Assembly: GCA_023898465.1 (NCBI GenBank)
Contig: CP060223.1
Span: 928,001 to 992,000, forward strand
Reading direction: 5' to 3'
Source of the DNA: Candidatus Nomurabacteria bacterium
GTDB taxonomy: Bacteria; Patescibacteriota; Patescibacteriia; HK-STAS-PATE-3
Length of the DNA: 64,000 nucleotides
The translations under genes were made by a program, and so were the position numbers. The notes under the pieces are model-generated. The model ran no database searches. It was not told the DNA's origin and saw only the letters and a program-made list of their open reading frames with translations. Below are positions 18,305 through 27,100 of this stretch, one piece after another (within the stretch, counting starts at the first letter, position 1; every line of letters begins with the position of its first letter).

Positions 18305-19675
18305 ATGTATTGGGCAAATTTCCTGCATATTTATCAACCACCAACCCAAAAACCATATTGGGTGAAGCGAGTCACTGAAGAGTCGTATCGAAAAATCGTT
18401 GCTGAATTAAAGCGCGCTCCGGGTGCTAAACTCACTCTGAACATTAGCGCGGTGCTTGTTGAATTGCTGGATAAGAATGGATGTGGAGATGTTATTGATG
18501 ACATTCGTCTCTTGCTCGAGCGTGGACAAATTGAATTAACCAGCTCAGCAAAGTTTCATCCATTACTACCAAAGATTCCCAAGGATGAAGTTATTCGACA
18601 AATCCAACTGAACGACGAAACGCATCGTAAATATTTTGGTGAACTCTACAAGCCGAAGGGATTTTTCCCACCTGAGATGGCCTTCTCTACCGATGTGGCA
18701 AAGATCGTAAAAGAGCTGGGCTATGAATGGATCATTGTTGATGAATTATCCTTCTCTCGCGAAATCGGCAATATTGATTACAGCAAGCGCTACACGGTTG
18801 AGGGTCTGGATGATTTTTCCATCTACTTCCGTGAACGGCGCATGAGCTACAAAATCCTTTCCGGACAATTAGGATCCGGCTCGCTTCTTATTCAGAGCCT
18901 GGGTGATCGATTAAAGAAAAATGAATACCTCCTAACTGCAATGGATGGAGAAACTTTCGGCCACCACCGTCCAGGTATGGAGCACCTCCTTTTTGAGATT
19001 TACGAATCAAAGGAACTCGAAACTATCCTTATCTCGGATATCCCAAAACACTTCCCAGAGTCCACGCCGATTGATCCTTTGCCATCCACTTGGGCGCTGA
19101 TGGAAAAAGACCTTGAAAAGAATGCGCCGTTTTCTCGCTGGCTTGATCCAGGTAACACAATTCATGAACGACAATGGGAATTAACCAACCTGGCGATTAA
19201 GGCGGTACATGCAAGCGATCAAAGCGATCCAAAATTTCCTGAGGTGCGGACAGCGCTTGATCGAGCAATTCACTCAGATCAATACTGGTGGGCCTCGGCA
19301 AAACCATGGTGGAGTATGGAAATGATTGAGGCAGGCGCTAAGGAGCTGTCTGATGTGGTATTAAACGCGCCAGGCTCAAGTGAAGAGGAGAAGGAACGAG
19401 CGAAACAGCTCTACCAAGAAATTATCTATACCGGCTTTGACTGGCAGCGATCTGGTTTAGTGGAAAAGCTTTCCCAGCAAGAGGATGAGGAAATACGACA
19501 GCGAACTGATGAAGCTATTCCTGAATTACCTGCTGAAGAAATTGATAAAATTATTGCGAACTTGCGCAAAGATATCGATGATGTGGTGAAGCGAGAAGAA
19601 TACGAGCGAGCAGCTCAATTGCGCAATCGCATTAAAGAACTCGAGCAATATCGAGACAAAAAAAGTAAAGAATAA
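18305..19675 (+). CDS. GH57-family enzyme, paralog 2, with C-terminal UVR-like motif
   Basis: HIYQPP, GQIELTSSAKFHPLLP, GFFPPEMAFS, EWIIVDE and SDQYWWAS. The C-terminal EEYERAAQLRNRIKELEQ matches the UVR (UvrB/UvrC) helix motif. Confidence 0.65.
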   Translation: MYWANFLHIYQPPTQKPYWVKRVTEESYRKIVAELKRAPGAKLTLNISAVLVELLDKNGCGDVIDDIRLLLERGQIELTSSAKFHPLLPKIPKDEVIRQIQLNDETHRKYFGELYKPKGFFPPEMAFSTDVAKIVKELGYEWIIVDELSFSREIGNIDYSKRYTVEGLDDFSIYFRERRMSYKILSGQLGSGSLLIQSLGDRLKKNEYLLTAMDGETFGHHRPGMEHLLFEIYESKELETILISDIPKHFPESTPIDPLPSTWALMEKDLEKNAPFSRWLDPGNTIHERQWELTNLAIKAVHASDQSDPKFPEVRTALDRAIHSDQYWWASAKPWWSMEMIEAGAKELSDVVLNAPGSSEEEKERAKQLYQEIIYTGFDWQRSGLVEKLSQQEDEEIRQRTDEAIPELPAEEIDKIIANLRKDIDDVVKREEYERAAQLRNRIKELEQYRDKKSKE

Positions 19676-19699
19676 GCAGGTTCTTATATAGAATACGTG

Positions 19700-19728
19700 C
19701 AGCGCGTCCAAATGGGCGCGCTGTTTGT
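19700..19728 (+). terminator. rho-independent terminator after GH57 paralog 2
   Basis: Stem cagcgcg/cgcgctg followed by TTTGT. Confidence 0.5.
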
Positions 19729-19735
19729 AAAAAAA

Positions 19736-19744
19736 TGCTACAAT
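19736..19744 (+). promoter_or_regulatory. extended -10 element TGCTACAAT, 9 nt before ATG 19754 (leaderless-type promoter)
   Basis: Read directly. The identical motif recurs at 55280. Confidence 0.4.
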
Positions 19745-19753
19745 AAGTGAAGC

Positions 19754-20677
19754 ATGTCACGACTTTCCGCTGAAAAAGTACACTCACTACTCAAACAAAA
19801 AGCTGTTTTTAAGGCTGAGATTACCCATGTGGTACTTGAGAAACACAAAGCCTTTTCTCATTCCAGTCGACTTGCTCGCTATATCGTGTCTCTGGCAAAT
19901 GGGCAAACAAAATATATCCGAGCAAATGTTTGGCCAATCTCAGCTTTTCGTATTGCAGAAGCGCTCAGCGCACAGCAAAGCTTAAAAGCGCCTCAACCGA
20001 TATACTACGACAAGAGTAGTCACACTATTCTTTACGAGGAACTAAATGGTGACACCCTGCGCAGCGTGCCGCTCACCGCAAAAGCATGGAAGCCCATTAT
20101 TCCTAAGGTTGCTCAACTCCTAGCCGCTTTTCATCAAACGCCACTACCTAAGGGCTTAGCACCTGAGACGCAAAGCGCCGCAAAGAAGCGAAGAAAAAAC
20201 CTTGTCCAAGGAATACAAAAGGCTGATAAGGGATATGGCGCACTAGCGAAAGTTGCGTGTAGCCAGCTCGAGTCACAGATTGCTCGCCAGGCCGGAAAAG
20301 TAAAGGCACTCACCCATGGCGATTTCCAGGCAAGTAATATACTCATCGCAAAAAAGAATCTCTCGCTTATTGACTTCACGCTGAGTCGACCAAATCATCC
20401 AGCCAGCGACCTTGGTCTCTGGTTAGTACATTGGCAGGCTATGACGCGCGATCACCTTAGTCACACACAAAGGGAAGAGTTGGGCTATCTCTTTTTACAG
20501 TACTACTTCTCAGCCGTGCCAAAGGCCTGGCACGCACCTATCCGAGCAATGCTTCCAGTCTATGTGAGCGAGGCCACGCTCGAGGTCGCCGCTACCACCT
20601 TGCTTATGTACGGCGCCCACGATACCAATGTTCGCGCATTACTTGATGAATTATTTTCTAGTTTGCACTATGTCTGA
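19754..20677 (+). CDS. APH/choline-kinase-like phosphotransferase (protein-kinase-like fold); possible sugar (malto)kinase
   Basis: HGDFQASNILIAKKNLSLIDFT…ASDLG contains the Brenner HGDxxxxN motif and a DxxxxxxD-like Mg site. Confidence 0.5.
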   Translation: MSRLSAEKVHSLLKQKAVFKAEITHVVLEKHKAFSHSSRLARYIVSLANGQTKYIRANVWPISAFRIAEALSAQQSLKAPQPIYYDKSSHTILYEELNGDTLRSVPLTAKAWKPIIPKVAQLLAAFHQTPLPKGLAPETQSAAKKRRKNLVQGIQKADKGYGALAKVACSQLESQIARQAGKVKALTHGDFQASNILIAKKNLSLIDFTLSRPNHPASDLGLWLVHWQAMTRDHLSHTQREELGYLFLQYYFSAVPKAWHAPIRAMLPVYVSEATLEVAATTLLMYGAHDTNVRALLDELFSSLHYV

Positions 20678-22130
20678 ACGCATCCTCTTTATCTCAGCCG
20701 AAGTAACACCGCTCGCAAAAGTCGGGGGACTGGCCGATGTGGTTGGCGCCCTACCTCCAGCTCTACGAAAACTGGGAGCTGACGCTCGTATCCTCATGCC
20801 AAAGTATGGCGTGATTGATGAAGAAAAATATCCCATGGAAATACGTGGGCAAGGCATCCCAGTCCAGATTGGACAAGGTACGGTGTATGTCGATCTATGG
20901 GAAACAAAATTACCTAATACTGACACTCCGGTCTATCTCATTGGTAATGACAAATTTTTCGGAGGAAGCCGTATCTATTTTGATGCTTCAGCTTTTGCCA
21001 GCCAGTTTGTGGAATTCGAGCGATTCCTTTTCTTTGCCATGTCGAGCGTGGCCGTGCTTGATGCACTCGAATGGAAGCCTACGATTATTCACTGCCATGA
21101 TTGGCACACCGGATTAATTCCCGCTTTACTCAAGCAGGAGAAGCCTCGCATCGCGACAGTCTTCACCATTCATAACCTAGGCAACCAAGGTAAATGGAAC
21201 ACGCCAGATATTTTCCGCTTCCTAGGTTTGCAAGCGCAGGATCGCGCATCATTTAGCCTGACCGACTCCCAGGGTAATTTTAATTGTTTGCTCCAAGGTG
21301 TAGTGAATGCAGATGCGGTAAATACGGTTAGTCCGAGCTATGCCAAAGAGATTCTCACTGCCGAGTATGGAGAGGGTCTCGAAAAAACACTTCAGCAACA
21401 AGGTGACCGCCTAATGGGAATACTGAATGGGATTGATGTTGAACGCTTTGACCCGAGTCGTAATCCTGACCTACCTGAACATTTCAGTGCGGAGAAGCTT
21501 GAGGGAAAAATACGAGCTAAGGAAGCGCTTCAAAAAGAATGCAATCTCGAAGTAAATAAAGAGGTCCCTCTTTTCAGCTTCATCGGTCGACTCACTGATC
21601 AAAAAGGTATGGACCTGATCGGACAATCAGTTGAACATATTTTGAAGCTTGGTGGTCAGCTGGTTCTACTCGGCAGTGGAATGGATGAATTTGAAAAAAT
21701 TGCCCAGGAAGCGGCGGCAAAATATCCCGGGAAGGTGTACACAAAAATTGGCTTTGACGCAGCACTGGCCCAACGGATATACGCCGGAAGTGACTTTTTC
21801 CTCATGCCCTCAAAATATGAGCCATGCGGACTGGGGCAAATAATTGCCATGCGCTATGGCACTATCCCAGTAGTCCGAGCAACTGGAGGCTTGAAAGATA
21901 CCGTGCCAGACTATACCATGAATAGTGCAGAGGGTAGGGGGTTTGCTTTTACGCCATATGCGGCCAGCGATCTCCAAGATGCTATTACCCGAGCGCATCA
22001 GCTTTATCAAAACCAAACCGAGTTTATTCAACTGCAAAAACGCATCATGGGTATTGACCTCTCCTGGAAGCAATCAGCTCGCCAATACCTTGATCTCTAT
22101 ACCCGCGCCCGACAAGAACAACGACCATGA
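20670..22130 (+). CDS. glgA: glycogen/starch synthase (GT5, GlgA-like), paralog 2
   Basis: MSERILFISAEVTPLAKVGGLADVVGALP…HCHDWHTGL… ATG 20670 overlaps the stop of the kinase gene. Confidence 0.85.
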   Translation: MSERILFISAEVTPLAKVGGLADVVGALPPALRKLGADARILMPKYGVIDEEKYPMEIRGQGIPVQIGQGTVYVDLWETKLPNTDTPVYLIGNDKFFGGSRIYFDASAFASQFVEFERFLFFAMSSVAVLDALEWKPTIIHCHDWHTGLIPALLKQEKPRIATVFTIHNLGNQGKWNTPDIFRFLGLQAQDRASFSLTDSQGNFNCLLQGVVNADAVNTVSPSYAKEILTAEYGEGLEKTLQQQGDRLMGILNGIDVERFDPSRNPDLPEHFSAEKLEGKIRAKEALQKECNLEVNKEVPLFSFIGRLTDQKGMDLIGQSVEHILKLGGQLVLLGSGMDEFEKIAQEAAAKYPGKVYTKIGFDAALAQRIYAGSDFFLMPSKYEPCGLGQIIAMRYGTIPVVRATGGLKDTVPDYTMNSAEGRGFAFTPYAASDLQDAITRAHQLYQNQTEFIQLQKRIMGIDLSWKQSARQYLDLYTRARQEQRP

Positions 22131-23128
22131 AACAAAGTGAAATCCGCCAAGATTACGTTCATAACCGAGTAGTCATTATCTCGCCAGGTCGCTCAAAGCG
22201 CCCGCATGATTTTCATCCTACTGGCACGCCGCACCAGGTTCATCGAGCTGAGTGTCCGTTTTGTCCTGAGCAAGTAGATAAGGTGAAGGCGGTAGCGAGC
22301 TACAAAGGTCAAAAGCCTTGGAGTATTAAGGTTATCAAAAACATCTTCCCGGCGGTTCGGAAAGATAATCCTAAGGCCTACGGTGATCAAGAGGTTGTTA
22401 TTGAAACGCCTGAACATGATTTAGAGCTATCAGAACTTTCTGTCGAGCATATTGAGCAACTTTTGAAAGTATATGCTGACCGTACTTGGGCGCAATCAAA
22501 AGACAAGAAGATTCAATACATCATGATCTTCAAAAACAACGGGGGTCGAGCTGGCGCTTCTATTGACCATGCTCACTCTCAAGTGTTTGCCACAAACTTC
22601 CTCCCACCGCACATTGTCGATAAGCTTCGCCGCGCTGAGGAATATCTTATCCGCTATGGAACTTGTTACTACTGTGACTTGATTGCGAAAGAGGGTAAGG
22701 GACCGCGCATGATCGAGAATAATGAATTTGTTTTTGTGGAAGCTCCCTATGCTTCATCGTATAATTACGAAGCTTGGATCTTGCCAAAGCGCCACCTCGA
22801 TAATATTACGAATCTCAATAAGGCGGAACGTCTGGCTTTTGCAAGGGCGCTAAAAAATATACTTGGCAAGTTAAATAGCATTGGCCTCCCATATAATTAC
22901 TACCTGCACCAGGTGGTTCGCTATGGAAATGAACACCTTTACTTCCGTGTAGCACCGCGTCGTGATGTATGGGCAGGAGTGGAATTAGGATCGCGACTTA
23001 TTGTGAATACCGTACCACCGGAAGACGCCGCCGCCTTTTACCGCGGTGACGATGAGAAAAAGAAAGGTAAGAAAAAGTCCGCAACGAAAAAGCTTTCTAA
23101 TAAACGAAAGTCCGCCAAGCGCAAATAG
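22127..23128 (+). CDS. GalT-like HIT-superfamily nucleotidyltransferase/phosphorylase with Lys-rich C-terminal tail
   Basis: CPFCPEQ (Zn site), ASIDHAHSQVFA (HxHxQ nucleotidyl-His motif). The C-terminal 30 aa are KKKGKKKSATKKLSNKRKSAKRK. Confidence 0.65.
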   Translation: MKQSEIRQDYVHNRVVIISPGRSKRPHDFHPTGTPHQVHRAECPFCPEQVDKVKAVASYKGQKPWSIKVIKNIFPAVRKDNPKAYGDQEVVIETPEHDLELSELSVEHIEQLLKVYADRTWAQSKDKKIQYIMIFKNNGGRAGASIDHAHSQVFATNFLPPHIVDKLRRAEEYLIRYGTCYYCDLIAKEGKGPRMIENNEFVFVEAPYASSYNYEAWILPKRHLDNITNLNKAERLAFARALKNILGKLNSIGLPYNYYLHQVVRYGNEHLYFRVAPRRDVWAGVELGSRLIVNTVPPEDAAAFYRGDDEKKKGKKKSATKKLSNKRKSAKRK

Positions 23129-23185
23129 CTCGTACTTGCCAAATCCCATGTCGTAGCCGAAGCATTGAGCTTCGGCGGCTTCAAT

Positions 23186-23262
23186 TGATAAAAGAAAACC
23201 CCGACCACAGCGCTAGTCCTCGTGCATAGACACGTGGATAGATGTGATCGGGGAAAGTACGG
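23186..23262 (-). terminator. terminator cassette A1 (minus strand; CCCCG…CGGGG stem then UUUUCUUUUAUC), repeated at 23897-23951
   Basis: Minus-strand read: GTACTTTCCCCGATCACA…AGCGCTGTGGTCGGGGTTTTCTTTTATCAATTGAAGC. Confidence 0.55.
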
Positions 23263-23264
23263 AG

Positions 23265-23843
23265 CTACTGGTAGATTGACTTCACCTGACCCCAACTCCT
23301 GCTGAGGGTTGGCACCGGCCCGATTGTACCATAGGTCCGGAAGAGCCAATCATACGGCTTTTCTTCGCCTGCACTGTAGGCGGTGCCGCCAGGGTATTCG
23401 CATCCACCTTCTACCCGTCGTTCGGTGGCCCAACCGTTGTTTGAATGCGAAACAGGATGAAGGTAGTAGGTGGCGCCAGGCTGAATGGTCACACCACCGA
23501 AGTCGAAACTGATCCAGTTGTCCCCGCCCGACTCAACGTCTTGCGTCGCAACAGCCAGAACACTCTCGCCAGGCACCACTGAGTTCTGGAGAAAGAGCGT
23601 CACCGTACCCGCGGCTGGGTAAAAGAACAGCTCAACACCGCACAAGTAGTCCATCGTCGGCGTGAAAGACTGCAACAAACAACTTGAAAGTTCTTCCTCT
23701 GGAGTGCAGTACATACTGTGTCCAAAAGTCGGACCGATGATTGGTTCACAGCTCTGGTCGAGGTCACCGCAGGGTGCTTGCGCATTCGCGCTGCTTGCAC
23801 ACAGCACCACCAAAGCAAAAACGAGGCCACTGAAACGCGACAT
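23265..23843 (-). CDS. secreted hypothetical protein (GC-rich island 1)
   Basis: Strong SD GGGAGGTG precedes the ATG. Signal peptide MSRFSGLVFALVVLCASSANAQA. It carries 6+ Cys, and the GC content is visibly higher than the flanks. Confidence 0.5.
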   Translation of the reverse strand: MSRFSGLVFALVVLCASSANAQAPCGDLDQSCEPIIGPTFGHSMYCTPEEELSSCLLQSFTPTMDYLCGVELFFYPAAGTVTLFLQNSVVPGESVLAVATQDVESGGDNWISFDFGGVTIQPGATYYLHPVSHSNNGWATERRVEGGCEYPGGTAYSAGEEKPYDWLFRTYGTIGPVPTLSRSWGQVKSIYQ

Positions 23844-23896
23844 GAGACACCTCCCACTTTGTTTGTAAGGAGCCTTGATTAGCTTTACTGCTTCAA

Positions 23897-23951
23897 TAAT
23901 AAACCCCGACCACAGCGCTGCGCAAGCACAGCCGTGGCCGGGGAAGTACTG
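23897..23951 (-). terminator. terminator cassette A2 (paralog of A1)
   Basis: Minus-strand read: AGTACTTCCCCGGCCAC…GCAGCGCTGTGGTCGGGGTTTATTATTGAAGC. Confidence 0.55.
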
Positions 23952-24470
23952 TCACCAGCCATCCATAGTGGTTGACTGGTAATGGAAGTTGCGCTCCTCG
24001 ATCATGCCGGGATCAACGAGACGATCTCCATAGTAACGCCAGTAGTAAGCCCAGCGTCTCATATCGTCGAAGCTCAGACGCCTCCCAGTACAAGAGAGAC
24101 ATAGGTCACCGGCCTCCAAGGTGCGGCAACGCAAATCCCAGTAGAGAGAACCCTCCGTATCGAGTGGGTATTGACGCCACTGACCCCTGCACCAAGCAAG
24201 AGCGTCGCGCAGATCACGGTCATTGCGCTGATGCCACTCCTGCACCAACTCAGCTTGGAACTCGGGCTCGAGGGTCACTCCCTGGGAAAGAGTGATGAGA
24301 AGATTCTGGGCGCTCCGATCTCCGCCGGCCTGACCCTGAATCGTTCTCCAGGGCTTGGCCTTCATAAACGCGAGGTCCCAGACCTTCTCTCGGTCGCTCC
24401 GAGCATCAGCCTGAGCTAATGTGGCGAAACCGAACAGCATCAACACTAGGACGGTAACCCGAATACGCAT
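23952..24470 (-). CDS. secreted hypothetical protein (GC-rich island 1)
   Basis: SD AAGGAGGA precedes the ATG. Signal peptide MRIRVTVLVLMLFGFATLAQA. It is Trp/Arg-rich. Confidence 0.5.
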   Translation of the reverse strand: MRIRVTVLVLMLFGFATLAQADARSDREKVWDLAFMKAKPWRTIQGQAGGDRSAQNLLITLSQGVTLEPEFQAELVQEWHQRNDRDLRDALAWCRGQWRQYPLDTEGSLYWDLRCRTLEAGDLCLSCTGRRLSFDDMRRWAYYWRYYGDRLVDPGMIEERNFHYQSTTMDGW

Positions 24471-24586
24471 GCATCTCCTCCTTGTTTCATGTGCGGTTGT
24501 CGATGTACAGCTGCGTACCGTATACTACGGGTAAGCAACCTTGTCAATCCTTATCCTTCGGAATTCAAGTTTATAACATTAGCATT

Positions 24587-24961
24587 ATGGGTAGTTTCAT
24601 CGAAATCAACGACACGCTCCAACTTACTACTGAGCAAGGCTTTCCCTCGGAGCTTACTTTAGAGAAACACTTGAAAAAGGCGTTCACTGTTGAGGATTTT
24701 AAAGACCAAGTCTTTGAATTTCACCACAAGCCGGACCTGCGGATCTACCACCTTAAACCTACTCGAGTATTTCTCGTTCATAACATTGATGGTAAGTGGT
24801 TGTATTGGGGCCACGCCATGATACTTGAAGAAACGCTCCACGCAGAAACGAAAACAACTTCCGGGAAATTTATCATCACAAAAATTTATTCACCCGAGCA
24901 CCAAAGAACAATGAGCACTATCGAAGTAAGCGAAGGCAAGGAGTATCCTTTTGATGAGTAA
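24587..24961 (+). CDS. hypothetical protein (host-like GC)
   Basis: ATG 24587 (MGSFIEIND…). The upstream part of the track ORF runs into the divergent region and is unlikely. Confidence 0.4.
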   Translation: MGSFIEINDTLQLTTEQGFPSELTLEKHLKKAFTVEDFKDQVFEFHHKPDLRIYHLKPTRVFLVHNIDGKWLYWGHAMILEETLHAETKTTSGKFIITKIYSPEHQRTMSTIEVSEGKEYPFDE

Positions 24962-25724
24962 ATCTCTAGTGCTGCAATCGTGGAACATTAACGGTATTCG
25001 GGCTGCAGTGCGTAAGGGCTTTACCGATTATCTCAAAAAAGAAAAACCTGATGTAATTGGTCTGCAGGAAATAAAAATAAGCGAAGAAGCGCGCTTGGCT
25101 ACTGAGTTTGATTTTGGAGGATATGTGGAGCATTGGCACTCAGCAAAAAAACCTGGATATTCCGGCACTGCGGTGTTGGTAAAAAACGGTATCGCACATA
25201 CAGCTCTGCCGAAACTAGCCTGGGACGACGAAGGACGAATTCAAGCCATCGATATGGGGAAGTATATTTTCCTTAATATCTACTTTCCTAATGCCAGTAA
25301 TGACGGCTTGAAGCGCCTAGCCTTTAAGATGCAGTGGAATGAAAAGCTGCTTAACTACCTCAAGCAACTTGAAAAGAAAAAACCACTTGTCATCACGGGT
25401 GACTATAATGTGGCACATGAAGAAATTGACCTAGCTCGACCGAAAGAAAATACCCAGAGCCCGGGCTTCACTCCTGAGGAGCGTACCTGGATGACGAAGT
25501 TTCTCAAAACAGGTTACGTTGATACTTGGCGTGAAGCCAATCCGAAGAAAGTACAATACACCTGGTGGAGTCAGCGCGGTGGCGCTCGCAGCCGAAATGT
25601 AGGCTGGAGGATTGACTACTTTTGTGTGAGTCAAAAATTCCTCAAACAAACAACTAAACCGGCTATCCTCGACCAAGTGATGGGCTCAGATCACTGTCCG
25701 GTTAGTTTAATAGTATCCTCATAG
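24951..25724 (+). CDS. xth: exodeoxyribonuclease III (EEP family)
   Basis: LVLQSWNINGIRAA…VIGLQEIK…GDYNVAHEEIDL…SDHCPV are canonical Xth/APE motifs. Confidence 0.85.
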   Translation: MMSKSLVLQSWNINGIRAAVRKGFTDYLKKEKPDVIGLQEIKISEEARLATEFDFGGYVEHWHSAKKPGYSGTAVLVKNGIAHTALPKLAWDDEGRIQAIDMGKYIFLNIYFPNASNDGLKRLAFKMQWNEKLLNYLKQLEKKKPLVITGDYNVAHEEIDLARPKENTQSPGFTPEERTWMTKFLKTGYVDTWREANPKKVQYTWWSQRGGARSRNVGWRIDYFCVSQKFLKQTTKPAILDQVMGSDHCPVSLIVSS

Positions 25725-25937
25725 CCGCTGCCTCCGGGCTTTGGCGATGATGAAGTAACGTTTATTCATCTCATATTCCATTGACATCTGCTTTGACTCA
25801 AGGTAATTCAGCTAACCATAGAAATACTGTGGTTAGCTCCTTGAAACAAGTCGAATTTGGAGTACTGCAACGCCTGCAGACAGCCAAAATCGACGCTTCC
25901 ATTAGCGTGACACTGAGCACGTTAAGTGGAGGTTATC

Positions 25938-26894
25938 ATGTCACGGCAAGAAACCTGTCCTCGATGTGTAAAGAAAAACGTTTACGGCGCTCCTCGCCTG
26001 AGAATCACCACTGGAATCACTTGGCTTTGTTACATTGCCTTGTTTACGGCGCTCCTCTGTCTCGCCATTTTCCTGGGAGAGCCAAGCTCTTTCAAGAAGA
26101 GCATTGTGCTCATGTTCATCATCGTTAACGCGGCAACTCTGCTAGGCGCCGCTCACGACCTCCTGATACCCAAGCGGGTTTGGATATGGCGCGATAGAGG
26201 AGACAGTGTACATATTCACAAGGAAGCTCCAACGCTTCCCGACTTCGACTTCTGTGGATTCAAACATCCACTCGTTATGGCCTGGATCAACCGGCCGTGG
26301 CGTCGAGCTGACCTAAGTTGGGGTGCTGACACCTCGGGCATGTGTCTTCCTGAAGTCACTATGTCTTGGACACGCAAACGTCCATACTTCATCGTCACCT
26401 ACCACCAGCTTGGGACGATAACGCAGACTATCCGGATTCGGATAACTGAACCATCCACCATGCTCGACACCCTGAACTGGATTCGCTTCGCACCCAACCC
26501 TTTCAACTTTCAGGCGCACCTCGAGTCGCTAGATAATGAGAGGAGAGTCTCCCATACACTACACGAGCAAACAGAGTGGCTTACCTGGCTCAATGAACTC
26601 GTGTGCGCGCTGTACGTGGCTACCGAGCGACGGCGTACCTCGCTTGGCCAATCTCCTCATGGTCAGTTTGTTCACGCTTATCTCGGCCACCTGCTTGGCT
26701 TCATGCGAGTCCACAACATAACAGGAAGGGAAAGCCCAAACCATGCGGTCCGGGTAGAGGATGAGGCAACACAGATCGCCGACACCATCGCGTCAGCTAA
26801 GCAGGAGGGGGGTAAACACTGGGCAGAACGAGCTGCGGACAAGGTTTGGGAAAACCGAAATCGAGCAGCGCTTGAACCCGTCACTGAGTCGTGA
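25938..26894 (+). CDS. hypothetical two-TM membrane protein (GC-rich island 2)
   Basis: SD GTGGAGGT precedes ATG 25938. It has two N-terminal TM helices then a ~230-aa soluble domain, with no recognisable family. Confidence 0.45.
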   Translation: MSRQETCPRCVKKNVYGAPRLRITTGITWLCYIALFTALLCLAIFLGEPSSFKKSIVLMFIIVNAATLLGAAHDLLIPKRVWIWRDRGDSVHIHKEAPTLPDFDFCGFKHPLVMAWINRPWRRADLSWGADTSGMCLPEVTMSWTRKRPYFIVTYHQLGTITQTIRIRITEPSTMLDTLNWIRFAPNPFNFQAHLESLDNERRVSHTLHEQTEWLTWLNELVCALYVATERRRTSLGQSPHGQFVHAYLGHLLGFMRVHNITGRESPNHAVRVEDEATQIADTIASAKQEGGKHWAERAADKVWENRNRAALEPVTES

Positions 26895-26937
26895 CAATTC
26901 TACGCGCCCTGATCTCTAGGAGATTGGGGCGCTTTTT
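26882..26937 (+). terminator. terminator cassette B1 (13-bp stem GCGCCCTGATCTC/GAGATTGGGGCGC then UUUUU), ~54-bp repeat
   Basis: It starts at the stop codon of the upstream gene and is ≥90% identical to 27936-27988. Confidence 0.6.
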
Positions 26938-27100
26938 ACATTGACGAAATTTTCTGCGCTTGCTAGCGTGAGTCCGCATGAGGAAATGCCTCACGTAAGC
27001 TCTTTACAATAGAGCAATCCTGTAACAAGCCGACGCAAGTAAGGCAATTTGCATCCGCTTGTTTCCCGCCTTGAAAAATCAGGGCCGGTAAGGAGTAAAA

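Noticed and set aside
25781-26128. 115-aa + ORF overlapping the start of the island-2 membrane protein gene
   Set aside because: It is in a different frame overlapping a gene with a clear SD (ATG 25938). It has no RBS and an odd composition.
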